NCBI GenBank assembly: GCA_040954595.2
Contig: CM082586.2
Coordinates: 4,223,125 to 4,287,124 of the forward strand
Direction: 5' to 3'
DNA: 64,000 nt
From: Balanoglossus misakiensis
Taxonomy: Eukaryota > Animalia > Hemichordata
Below are positions 13,801-26,700 of this stretch, one piece after another. The notes beneath the pieces are model-generated. The model worked only from the letters and a program-made list of their open reading frames with translations, was not told the DNA's origin and ran no database searches. Numbering within the stretch: the stretch's first letter is position 1; every line of letters starts with the position of its first letter. Position numbers and translations under genes: made by a program.

Positions 13801-16800
13801 CGTACATTCCCCCATAATCTCTGTCCGCCTCAACACAACATCAACATTGGAAACCACAGGCCTATAGTATAACCCGGGTATGACGTAACAATATGCCACG
13901 GGGGAAACTACGTACCAGTATTCTTCTAAAAATAAACTTTTGTTAACAGCCAAAGCAAACCAATCGAATAAACCGTTTCAGAACAATTGCAGAGCGACTT
14001 TTCACCCAAACACAATACTAGATATAAACGGAAATCTCAGAAACATGGATCGCAAAGTGCCCCTTTAAACATACCTCTGATGGTTTTCTGAAGTCACTGA
14101 ATGGAAATATACTGCTGACCAACGCGTATCATAACGGAGCGACACGCTCTTCATCACCATTGTGGAAAGAAACTTCGATATAAACTCCCGGATGCACCCG
14201 GGATGGTTGTCGTCATCGGAAATCATATCGGCGGATATTTGAGCGCGACCACCGTTCCGAAACCTTCCTGCTGCCATGGTGACAGTGACGATTATACAGT
14301 CGGGCAAGGTATGCACGTCTGTTGCTCAATTGTGACGTCAGCGCCTTGAGTGAAAAGGGACACGTTTTGGAATTTGGTGCATCGCAGACAAATTTTAATT
14401 AGAGTGTAATTTTGTCACTTTCATTTGTCTGTCGGCCGCGGCTTTACTGCTCAAAAACGATGACATCCAATTAATAAAGTCAATATTTCATATTTACTGT
14501 ATTGCCTAAGGCCATAATCCCCGTTTTCTGATTGCCCCATCTTTATACAAAGACATGACCTATGACCCAGTGCATGATACACCAGGATCCTTTGTCACAT
14601 CCAAATTGATTAATCCGCGGCATTTAACACGTATGGAATTCCTAATTACCATATAAAACCTGCAAAATTCAAATAAACCACATTTTTTTAGATTTATATT
14701 AGCAGTACGATGTTGGGGGTCTTTGGATTTTATACCAACACAACCCTCCGGCATAATATCTTATTTATTCTTGCTCAAGTTCAACACTGAGTTGCATGCA
14801 AGTGTGTGTGTTTTTCAGGACTTAAAAATATCAAAACAAAAACCTCTCTGTGCTCTAATGGCGGCACAAGATTCCAGACGTGTGAGAGAGAGAAACAAGA
14901 GGGCTGAGCTTTTTTGGCGGGAAATGTGTCAGGCACTGGTAGATTTACACTGCCACGGGCGATGTCGACACCCCTGGAGAATGGTGGACCCTCGTCTATT
15001 TGACCAAACAGAATTCCGCACATTTTAGTGTATTAATATTAATTTTTATTATAGTTTGTACACAGAGCCCTACAGGTACATGACATGTATAAGCATATGT
15101 ACATTACACTTATGTCAAAATGATATTTTAACACATGTTGCGTGTTCGATATATGCCGTTTTTGTGTGTGTCTGCGTGCCCTATACATGGAGAGGTCAGC
15201 ACTAATGTGTTCTAACAAGCACCTACTGTGTTACCTGTCAGACAAAAAAGCGAAATGTTTCCCCCTATTCGTGTGCGCACGTCAAGAAATGTGCCCCTTT
15301 AAAGACAATCCAAAGACTGTCCAATCAGGTGACACCGCCCCAATAGTGAAGAGGGCTTGAGCCCATACACCACATATCACCCCATTGTCCGCTTGTTCGA
15401 ATCAAAACAACACACCTGTGCAATAAGCGACCTGACGCCTGCGCGAGGTTCCCACGCTGCCTTGATCTTTTCAGACAGTTCGCGCGATTTCTACGAAACT
15501 GATTCAAGGCTGCATGGCCGCGGCGGTACTTTGCATCGCACGAACAATGTGAGGTGGCGAATTTTAGGAAGCCATACACACAAAATGTAGAAAAAATTAA
15601 AAATGCCAGCCTGCAAGGTTTCTAGACGTCAGAGAGTTGACAATATGATTTGTTTTACAGTTAATACACGTATATCCGCCTTCGAAGATCCTGGTAGACA
15701 TTTCTGATTTAAAAAAAATACCCCCGCGTCTGAAAATTCCCGTCTGAAATTGCCGACTTTCCAATGACGTTACGTCTGTGTGAAAAATAACCGCCCACAG
15801 TGCACACACTCAAACTACAGGTACTATCATGCCTAAGGGCCTGTACAAAATAGACCGGAGGGAGGGCCTCCCTTGTTAATTGTGTCCACGCCATATTTAG
15901 ATTGAACTGTCCCTGGTTCATATAGTTGCAAATATTACATCATCAGATACACATGTCTCTCTTTATTAAAATTAGGCAATACGTGAATCCGGGAAAGATG
16001 GGTGTACAAAATATTCAAACTACAGTTTCTAAATCTTTTGATAGCAGGACAGTCGTTCTCATGAGCGTGTTTTACTGAAAGCGGAGCGGACAATGACTTC
16101 GGTGAGTATTTCTCGTGCCTGGGAGGTGGACATGGCTGCCCTGGCAACCTTTTGACCTTTGATACTTGACCTCTCAATAGCAATACTATTTTCACCATGA
16201 TTAAACATTACCGCCGGGTAGTAAAGGAAAGGTCGTTCTGGCAAAACCTGTTCCACCCATCATACAGCTTTCCCGCCAAAAACGAACAGGTCACAAGACA
16301 CAAGAATTCCAGCTATTCTAACTGCCTTTATAGTTGTGTCGATGAATTGTTCGTAACACGACAGCATTTACCCTCGAGTTGTAACACTACTCCAGGGCGC
16401 TGAAATAACTCATTTTTTTCGCACGACACTGGCACGGCAGTTCACTGATTGTAAGAGAGCGTAGAATTTACTCTTACCGAGTCGAAAACCATGCCTACTC
16501 AAAACAGCAAAGAAATCTCAGGTGTGACACAACATCATCAGTGCAGTGTAGAATCCAGAGCGTCTGATCCTGTTACTATGACAACCAGGGCAGCTGTGAG
16601 TGGACATTCAAGTGTGATTAGTTTTATTAAACTTGATAATGAAGATGGGGATAAGACGGTGGATCATTTTAGGCTTGCCAACCCCAGGTCGATTAACTGG
16701 TGCCTTGAAACAACCATTGTGCATTTGCAAATATTAAAAAAAAATCATTCCGTTACGTATACTTCGGTACTGGGTTTTTCTCTTTGCTATGACTTATTGC

Positions 16801-18027
16801 AATTTTAAACGTCTCCAAGTTGTCCACCGCGGCGAACAAGAAGATATGGCGTTGCTCAAAACCCGAATAAATCACCGCATATAACGTGCCGGGTCAAATA
16901 CCTTTATGCCTACACGTTGACGTCATACATTTCTAACACCGGGAGAGAAAAAAACACGCTCTGAAAACAGAATCAGGGCAACCTTTAATGCCTGACCCAA
17001 CACCAATAGAACACGTTGGGCAAAATTCCGCCCACGGCAGAAAAATACAAATTTGCGGTCACGCTGGACAGGCGATTGACCTCTGAGGGTACAGCTATGT
17101 GGACAAGCAGGTAGACACACAGGTGGACATACATGTACAGTCACCCAAAGACAAACACGGAGATGACAGACGGACAGACAAACTCCCGGGGTATCAGATG
17201 CCACGCGACGATCGGAGAGCCCACTTGCGCTGTACGTCACCACGGCAACTAAATACAGTAACTTGGACGCAATCAATTATGTAGTTCAAAGCTACCGGGG
17301 GTCATAGAGAGTAGTACACAACAAACTTGTTATCACAATAAATCACCCTCCGAACCGAAAAGCACGTGGCCGATTTACTTCTAGGGTTGCAGGGTTTTCA
17401 TATTAAAAGCAACCAGTTGGAGCTAGCTTTCTGAACCAGACAATTGAAATGCCTTCACCTCAGCAGCAAATCACGGGTGCTTCACATGTCCCAACCATCA
17501 TTCAATAACACGTGTGATTTCGAATATATTCTGGAAATTGAGTAATTCTTAATCTTATTCTTTGCAAGAGAAGCATTTTAGTAAGTGACGATACTATAAA
17601 TGTTGCCTAAACATTGATTGTATAGCTTTAATTTCGATCAGTGGTTGTCGATTGCGCCGCAGCGACCTTGTTTTGCCAATCATAACGCTTATCTCAGAAT
17701 ACAATGAATCTGCGATATCGACGCCACAATGCATTTCCAATCTCTCTCAGGGTTGTGCAATGCCTCTAGCCATGGCTTGCCTCCAGCGCCTTATCGCCAG
17801 GTCGGTCCTGATAGATAAGACAGTTCCTTTGTTACACCAAACAGTATACCAGAGGGCGAAACCGGTACCTGGCTCAAGAATGCATGAACCTCGCCGATCT
17901 GAATACAATTCTCTCCCAGCTTACAGTTTTCTGCAAGCGAGGATAAAACGTCTCCCTGCACACAGTTCGTCATGCCCTATAAATTAAAACACGACGCAGA
18001 GGTCGAAACCAGATTTCGCCCCAAGCA

Positions 18028-18041
18028 GTTACCATGGTAAC
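18028..18041. promoter_or_regulatory. Perfect palindromic RFX X-box GTTACCATGGTAAC
   Basis: Matches the GTNRCCATGGYAAC consensus; further X-box-like sites at 6385, 12034, 16572 and 27590. Confidence 0.5.
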
Positions 18042-19670
18042 CTGGTCAGGTTGGCCAACCGACGTTTGAATGCTAAACAACGCACAAAGTTATTTCGTAC
18101 ACTTGTGCGCGTTCTGTATATTCCGTTGACGATATGTCAAACAATTTTTTTTGCACGCAACCGCAGTTACAGTTGTTTTCGCTATTGATTTGTTTGTATG
18201 TCTCTCTGATTTGTTTACCGGGCGGCTCGGTGTCGGTCACCACGATCGGCGTTGCTATTTTTCCGTTTACAAAAGAAAGGCTGGGCCGGCTGACACACAC
18301 GGAGTCCGCCTACACTAAACATACCACGCATACCTGAAATTGCAAAACCCACTCCAGGGGCCCCTAAAACGGAACTGTAGACGGTTCTTTTGGTATGCAA
18401 ATTAGCTCACCTGGATATGTTGTCATGCTGGCTCTTGTCATCGGCGGAGTCCGGATTTCCTCTTTGGGTCATGGCTCTCGCCGCATTTATGCGGGGCAGC
18501 TAATCCCGAATTGATTTCTGTCTGCAAACGGTTGCAGCCGAGATCCAGTTACAAAGGCCCTCAAACGCTCTGCTAACTTCTAGTAAAACACGGCGAAGTT
18601 TTGGAACGGGGCGAAGTAAAGCTGACGTGCGGGGCGGCCTGACTTACCGCTCACCGGAACTAAACTAGTAAAAGCACGGGACGCGTCGCATGTTTGCTTG
18701 CAGCGTGTTCCAGCATGCCCGTGCGTTGCAGCATATCTGAGGAGATTCGAAGCTTTATTTAACACCTACGCATGTGTCAACAAAGGAATTAAACCAACGT
18801 GTTAAAAAACGGGACTATAATCAGGTGGCCGCTGGATGTTTGAAACAAAAGTCCGGTATGCGCACAGGATGCGTGCGTGGCCTCATAATGCGAGTCCTTG
18901 CTCTCACGGCCGATGCTTCGCCCAGTGTATCCGCAATTGTAACGGTCCCTTACATCGCAGACGCATTGATAAACTGCAAGACCACACGCACACTATATGC
19001 GTCCCAGACCCTAATTTGATCAGAATAATTCAGTGTACTCCTAAGATATTCACACTCTTGAAGAGGTGTAAACTCGTGCACATCTGCACAGACACGTCGC
19101 CTCTTTAAATTCCGGAAAGGCGTGATAGAGACATTGAATGTCAAGTTGACAACGCCATTCGCAAGTTTGGAATTCTATAGCTATTGTTTGAGATGGGCGT
19201 CACTCATTTTACAGACCTCAGCCGACGCACCGTGGTAACTGCCCCCCCCCTCTCCCTCCCCCGAAAGAAGATTTGGGTAGTGTGAATGGGGAAAAAATGA
19301 TGACGTCGATCACGACCACATAACATGCGCGACTGAGTACTTTTGAGGAGCTATGCAGGCATACAACAAATACATGAGGTCTACCCCTAATTGAAAATGA
19401 TCTGAAGTAAGAGTCTGTATTTAATTCGATAGACCATCTCCGATAGATTGCCAAAAAGCGCACATTTATCCTTCGCGTTCACATGGTAACTGTATAACAA
19501 TGTACTATTACGTAACGCAAATGGCGTCCAGGCTCTAAACACACTGCAGCAGCGACTCTGCACAATACACCACGAACGAATCATCATTTCCGAGAAAGAT
19601 GATTGAACAACCTGGACATGTTTACTGAACTGAGGAGAAGAAGGGCTCTCTTTTTTCGTTAGTTAGTGCA

Positions 19671-19878
19671 TGGTCAGTTTCTTCGGCCTGGGGGAGGGGC
19701 GATGGATTCTATTTTGTGGATATCAAAAAGTGACTTCTCCCCTCCCCATTTTAAAAATTGAAACGTTGGTAACACCCCCGTGACCCCCCCCCCCCCATCA
19801 CCCGATTCCAAAACAGGGTGACCCCCTCCCACCCCATGAATCCACCGCCACCCCAGGCCGGAGAAACTGACCAGTCCC
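19671..19878. mobile_element. MITE-like element with ~35-bp imperfect terminal inverted repeats
   Basis: Left TGGTCAGTTTCTTCGGCCTGGGG...TGGATTC is the inverse of right GAATCCA...CCCCAGGCCGGAGAAACTGACCA; right end CCC is followed by TTAA; no ORF. Confidence 0.7.
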
Positions 19879-21401
19879 TTAATGGAAGCGACGTTCTGCT
19901 ACGTTCCAGACACGGGGGCGAAACGCCTAGACTCATATACGGCAGCGAAAGTCAAGTACACCGGTCGACAATTAACTGAATGTGAACAGACGTCAGCGCC
20001 GAGCGACTTGCGTCGATGATTATTCAGGTCCCTGGGAATTCTGGTTATCATCGTCGAGGTCACTTCCAACAAATCACAATACTGCAGAAAGGTCATCCCA
20101 CACGTAACGACATTGTCAACATCACGTTTCCCGGTCAGCTGAGAGAAACCATTGTTTCCTGAGATACCCCCGTGGCTAGTCCTTAGTTTGAATGTATCAT
20201 TAGGTACTAGTATATACACCTCTCCCCTATAGTCTGCATCATCATTGTCTATCTTTCTAATTTAACCCAAACATAACAAAGTAAGACAAAATAAATCGCA
20301 GTATAAATGAGATCTGAATAATTTTGATCGTGTTTTTTATCCTTGGATGCAAGGCGAGACGATTTTCAAATGAAAACAAAACAATAGGTTCAGAAGTCAT
20401 TACGAGGAGTTTTAAATATTAAATTTGACAAAGCATTGGCAAAACGATAAAATAACCCTACTTACTTTCTCACATTGAAGTTGTTGATTTCCGTTGCTGT
20501 GGTTATTCGCTGCGCTTGAACAATTGGCGTAGATTCGACCAGGTTCTAGTGTTCTACCATGGTTCTACGTATCGCTATTCTAATTCTGCCCTATGGTTGT
20601 TGCGTTTGTGCTATTTATTTCGCGATGCGTGATGTTAATAAAACAACAATCTTATTTACAAGCTATTCAGCCAATAATAAACAAATACAAGCAGAATTAA
20701 AACATACGTCACAAAATGAGTCACGTGACCCCCGCGTGAAAATAGCGGTGAGCTCACCTGACCTGTTTTGCATAAGCGGAAACAAAAGCAGGTATTACTA
20801 GACATAAATGATTGGCTTAGGGCCAGCAGATATTACCGACAGCAACCAGTGTCATTAAAGCCCCGTGAGCCGCAACTTTTGAGAAATTATCATGAAATTG
20901 ATTTTCAAACTTTACTAATATTAGTCCATGCAGATTTTTGCACTGAGGTATATACAATAATGATGAACCCTAAGTATCTAGCAAGTCAACGCGGGACTGA
21001 TGGTCAAAGTAGGCATGCGTGTTACCGCTACAATACTCATCATTACCAACAATGCGATTGTTATTTTGTATTCCGACGTGTATTTCGCAAACAATGGTTG
21101 GCGTGGTCTCCCTGAACTGTTGGCACAATGCCAACTGTGTGTTTGTAAACAGAAAAGTCACTCGTGTGTAGTTCACCGGACCCTTTCTATATGTATCACT
21201 ATATGTATCACCTATACCAGGCACTATTATTAATAGATTAATTGTAAGTTTAAACAATTATGTAAATTATTCGTTAAAATATTAGTCATCAGCTGGAAGT
21301 AAACATGAGTTCGAAATGTAAAAACCCTTCCCTGCTGTGCCAGCACTATCGATGATATGAGAAGACCTTTGACCACGCACCGCGACTAATGCCGTTCACA
21401 A

Positions 21402-21415
21402 CCACCAGATGGCGG
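21402..21415 (+). promoter_or_regulatory. CTCF-like motif CCACCAGATGGCGG
   Basis: Close match to the bilaterian CTCF core CCASYAGRKGGCRS; motif match only. Confidence 0.45.
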
Positions 21416-23688
21416 TGTTGCGTTGGCGGGGAGTTTTGTTGTGGTTTTTCTGGAAGCTGGTACAGTCAGTTGAGACCTTTGCCAATCGTGTCAAAGCTGT
21501 CCAGAGCGCCACTGCTGTCGGGACATGTTGACTGATTACACAGAAACCAGAGCGAAGTCATGTGATATGAAATAAAGTTATGTGACAAAACCCGCTTATC
21601 TGAATTCTTCTACGCGCATGTACTTTTTGCCGAGTCATGCACTGCAAAAATGCTAGAAAACAACCGAAATTGCAGTATTTATTATGTGTATGTAGCTACT
21701 TGTCCATCACTACAGGCCTGTTCTTTCATTGTAAAAACAGATGCCCACCTTTTATCCATGGCAACCAATTTCCCAAATATTTAAATATTACATGTAAATT
21801 GCCAAAACCCTAAATATTGAACGTTCTGCCTTGAAGGAGGACAAAGGCACAAAAGGGCTCTGGATCGGATATGATTGACAGTTGAAGAAAAAAAATTGCT
21901 CCGCGTTGACGTTACTACACGCGATGGTTGCCATCACTGCCTAGCCTTCGTGTGCGCGCAGACAATAAAGAGCCTCGCTCGTTGTCCAAACCACATTCAC
22001 AATTTCCACTCAACCGAATAAAACACTATTTAATGGGGAATAAAATCGCACAGGCTTTTGAGGATCACCCGACATCTCGGTCAAGGTGAATAACAAAAGA
22101 TTGTCCTGAATTCAAGTTAACACCCAGCGACTCTATGAAGGAGAAAGCACATACATGTATGTACAACGCAATGTACAGCTGATAATGTATTTTCGGGATA
22201 GCAGTTCAACTGTTATTTTTATTTTAGCAATAAAATTGAAATTGATAAATAGATTGCAAAGGCAACTTTACAATTCATACGTAGAGACTCAGGATCAAAT
22301 GTATTTTCGAGGCGAGGTACTTCGCCTTTATATCAGCAATGCCCCCCCCCCCCCCCCCCCCGCCGGACTGCGACCCTCCCTCGACACGCTAGCACTACCC
22401 GTATCTTTCTACCGTTCGTGATTTATTCAGTTTTAATGGGTGGTTATAACAACAGCGTTTCAATGGGTTATATTGTGTTTATGTTCAGTCTAACGAATCG
22501 TTAAATCTGGCAAACCATATCCTGCACATCATTTGTCGAATTGCTCGGTGAAACAGCGCTTGTTCCGGGGTCATCACATTGTCTCGGATTATCAAACTTT
22601 CCCAATGTTTTCCAGATTTTGAGGTCTTCTAATGTGATGACCCAAACTTCAGAGAAGAGCAGTTGAAAACACCAAAATATTAAATAACTATATGTTTATA
22701 ATTATTGCCCTGTAAAGAAAGGGGGTCTGAGCGACGCTGCGATTAATGTGCGTGACAGAAAGGAAATTGCGGATGGCGTTTAACGTTTATTTCACCTAAT
22801 GAATTCCAAGTCTGTGACACTACCACCCACAATTATGAATAAATGTGGTACTTAGGTGCGTTTAATTTTCATTTCAATTAAAGTACCTCTCACGAATCTT
22901 ACAAATACGAAAAATGGTTAGGCAGGCTGCTCATAAGAATTCACAGATTTTATCGTTCCCAAACGATACCGAGTTACTATAACACCTATAACGCTTTGAG
23001 CGAAATGAAAGAATATCATCAGCTTGGTCTGATGATTGCCCTGTTAATTGCAACATCGCAGACCACGTGATTGCTTCTGTGAATATAACCAGCACTTTAT
23101 TATTTTAATCCCGAGATACCGACAGTACTATTAAATTTTAGACCACTTTATATCGGGAATTATTCAAATGGTTTTGACACGTATAAATGAAAACAATCAT
23201 TGTCCTGTCTTCTGCCAATGTGAAGTAGCGGAGCAGTATTCAGACCGCCAGATCAAAGTCAGGCACACCGTTAAAGTAAAACAATTCTCTCGGGGATATT
23301 TTTGACCAGCGTGTTAATACTTGACCATTTTCCGTTCTACCTGTCGACGACAGCCGATGAAATGTACGGCTTTTGTCTTCAGGAAATGAATCGTAAACGC
23401 AAACTGCCCCCGAAACTGGTCTCGTTAAAGAAGCGTACTAAGGGTCTCGGGTGCAATGACTGATGGCATCAATTTTATTGTTAATAGTTTAATAGTTATT
23501 AGTCTAATCACTAACCGTTTCCTTCCCATTCTTTACCTGTTTATGACTCGATTTCCATATCGCTTCGGTTTACGGTCTTTGCTAATGACCATTACAACTG
23601 TCAAATTGCTGGCCGTTGTTCATTTAACAATCGTCGTTCGAAGATGCCGAGTTTCGCTTGCACGCGCGCCATTTTAAAGATTATAAAC

Positions 23689-23692
<4 letters not shown>

Positions 23693-23784
<92 letters not shown>
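23693..23784. repeat. (CT)n microsatellite
   Basis: Directly visible. Confidence 0.98.
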
Positions 23785-23785
<1 letters not shown>

Positions 23786-26700
23786 AAATGTGTATAACCA
23801 AAATTGTTGCTCCACTATCACAAAAATAGGGGGATTATGGTGCAGCAACGTATAATACTGGTTTTTTGTTTTTACGTATAATAGAACCAGTGCACTTTTA
23901 ATCTCATCTTTCGTTTACATCATGTATTTTTAACATGATGGTCACAGGTCTCACAGACTTGAGAGTATAGGCCTTCTGAGGGGTAGAGGGTGTCCTTCTG
24001 TTTCAATACACATCGGAGCACGATCTCGTTTCTTAAGATAGCCTGCTCTTTCTCTTTCTCTCTCTGCAGTCGATCGGTGTAATACAAGCTGGCGATTCTG
24101 TGGACTCAACATGCTCGGCTAATGTTAGATCTAGGGATGGGTTACAAGCTCCCGGTGTAAAAATACTCTTGCTCTGTTGACAACTCGTGAAAACCATACC
24201 GGATTTTAATTGCACCGGGCATGTACAATGCGAAACGAATGATTTGCAAACTGTCAGATTGGGTATATGTTGGCTGCTGGCCGTCTAGTTCCAAGACCAC
24301 ATCGTTTGGTTAAACTTCACGAGTTTCGTAGATGGATGGCGTGATGCGTGTCCGGTCTGATGCCTCGTGCCACTCGTTGACTTTTGAAAGGATAGGACTC
24401 GCAACTTTCCATGCACCAATATCTGAATGGATGGTTCTTGTCGATGTTCACTGAGACATCTTCCAATACACTAATCGATTCGTTCGAATTAAATCGATAA
24501 CTTTCGCGTAAGAATAAACATTTTTAACAGACAGGTAAACAAGTTAATATCAGAATCAGCGAAAACAATATATATTGTTTTTCAACTAGTGCGCCAATTA
24601 ACGCTTGTCGGTATAGATAAAACCCTGAGGAGGAGGATCGCGATAGCCATCTCATCTTCAAGTTGCTGCATAGCCATCACAGAAATCAACCGAAGTCTTG
24701 AAAGTGTTAATGTCCCAACCAATAAATATAGATAGGTTTGAACAATATAGTGTGGTGTAGGGTTACCGTGTATGACGTGAGGCACTGTCGGACGCCCATT
24801 TTCCTCTTTTAACTTAATTTTTCGAAAAACATCCACGGGTTCAGCACGATTAGATGAACCAATTAAACTACGTCGGGCGGCCATAATGACTATAAACCCC
24901 GTAGAACAAAGGACTCGACACTAATTGGCCTGTTTAGATTTCACCAATCTCTATTTTCTTAAGTCTTAAACGCCTCGCATCTTTTATAGTCGCATCCTTT
25001 CAGACTCCAATTTATCCATTGGATGTTGACAAAAGCATAGTCCGATACCCCCTAAATCGATCAATGCGCGGAGGTTCTCACGATCGGCTCAGAATTCCAA
25101 TTTGAATCTCGGCAGCACGGCCATAGCACATTCATTGCGGCATTGAGTATAGCTGGATGCTTCGCACGAGTGTGACTGGTGATGATGATAATGACGATGA
25201 CAGCGAGATTCACTTCAATAAATACTAATCTGTCGACATCACAATAGATATCCTACCTCCCGTTTGCAGAGGGAGGGGTTTTATATCAACGATAGTGGAA
25301 GTAATTTACTCATTTGAAGTGAGGATGAAAGATTGTGTTTTTGTGAGAATCTGGAAAAATCAGATTGCGGAGATTAGATAACTTTTGCATGTATAGCTTT
25401 GCCGTAAGTAGTTATATAAGCGCTTGGCCAACGGTCGTTTAAGAGTTTGGCCAATATTATTCGATAATTGCCTGTTGTTTAATTAAGAATAACTATAAAT
25501 CCCATGACTTCAACAACGAAATCCGCGCTTTTCGTTGGTAAACAAATCTGGACAGGGTTTGCAATGGCCACGAAAGCATGATAACTTATAACGAATAAAA
25601 TTGTAAGGACAAACGATATTGTTTGATTCAACGCTGAGGCTCTATTAAGTATGGTACTGAAAATCGATTTGAATAATGAGCAAATTCGACGACTAAAGAT
25701 ATTTTATTTTCCCCTATTTTCATTGCAAGGAGTCATCCATGCGATATTGGTATAATTAGACGTCTCGTTTTCGAATATGGACCATACTCCTCGAGTATTG
25801 ACAACTTTATGATCAAAACCGACCAAGACATCAACGAATTACGAAGAAAAAGCCAATAATACAGTGTATAATCTGGCTTGGTCGGAAAATTCACATTTTG
25901 CAACCTTCGACGTAATGGCCGCCATTAAAGTACAGCCAGGATACTGGCTTTCCAAGATACATACTTTAAGGCTGTGTTGGCCCTTCACGGGGAGTGAGAA
26001 CGGAGCGCGCAATACAGGTCCCATATTCACCCGAACAAAAATCGTTGCCAATATCTAAAAATAGTATAGATTCACCATTGCTGGGTTTAAGACAATCTGT
26101 CGAACTTTTTCGCACAAACTTTTCTAGGCCAAAATTTCACATTAAATATAATAATTTGCGTATCCTTTCAGTACATGGACAAATGAACAATTGAATTAAA
26201 TTTTACACCGATTAGAGTAGTTGGAACTCAGACCTTCTGGAAAAAATTCTTACTGATCAACTCCTCGGCTGCAAGGATGTTCGTGGCGTGACGGTTTGTA
26301 TACTGAGTATTTAAACACAAAACACATGGCATCCCGATCAAGGTTAGGACCAATTTAAAGAGATTAACTGATGAGATAAGCCAGTATTGAGATCACTGAC
26401 TGGCGATAGTTGTCCAGATATTTTCATGTCCTCCCACCGAGCTCTCTATTTTCAGTACCGTCTCATCTTTCATCTTCTCAGCCCTGGTATCTCTTTTTTT
26501 CCCCAAACACGCGCGCACCCGCACGCTTTAAACTCATTAAACCCATAATCGTCAAATGATCAATTGCGAACATAGTAAAAAGTATTTAATCAAGCTAATT
26601 TGCAGCAATGATAAGATTATTAGCAATTTAACTTAGTTTATATACTATTATTACGTATACAGAATTCTACCGCGTCGTCTCAGGTAGTACAGTAATGTTG

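Noticed and set aside
5915-18345. AG|GT motifs resembling recursive splice sites on the minus strand (5925, 15235, 18334)
   Set aside because: CAG|GT is also the ordinary donor consensus, and the polypyrimidine tracts or donors are only moderate; not supportable without RNA-seq.
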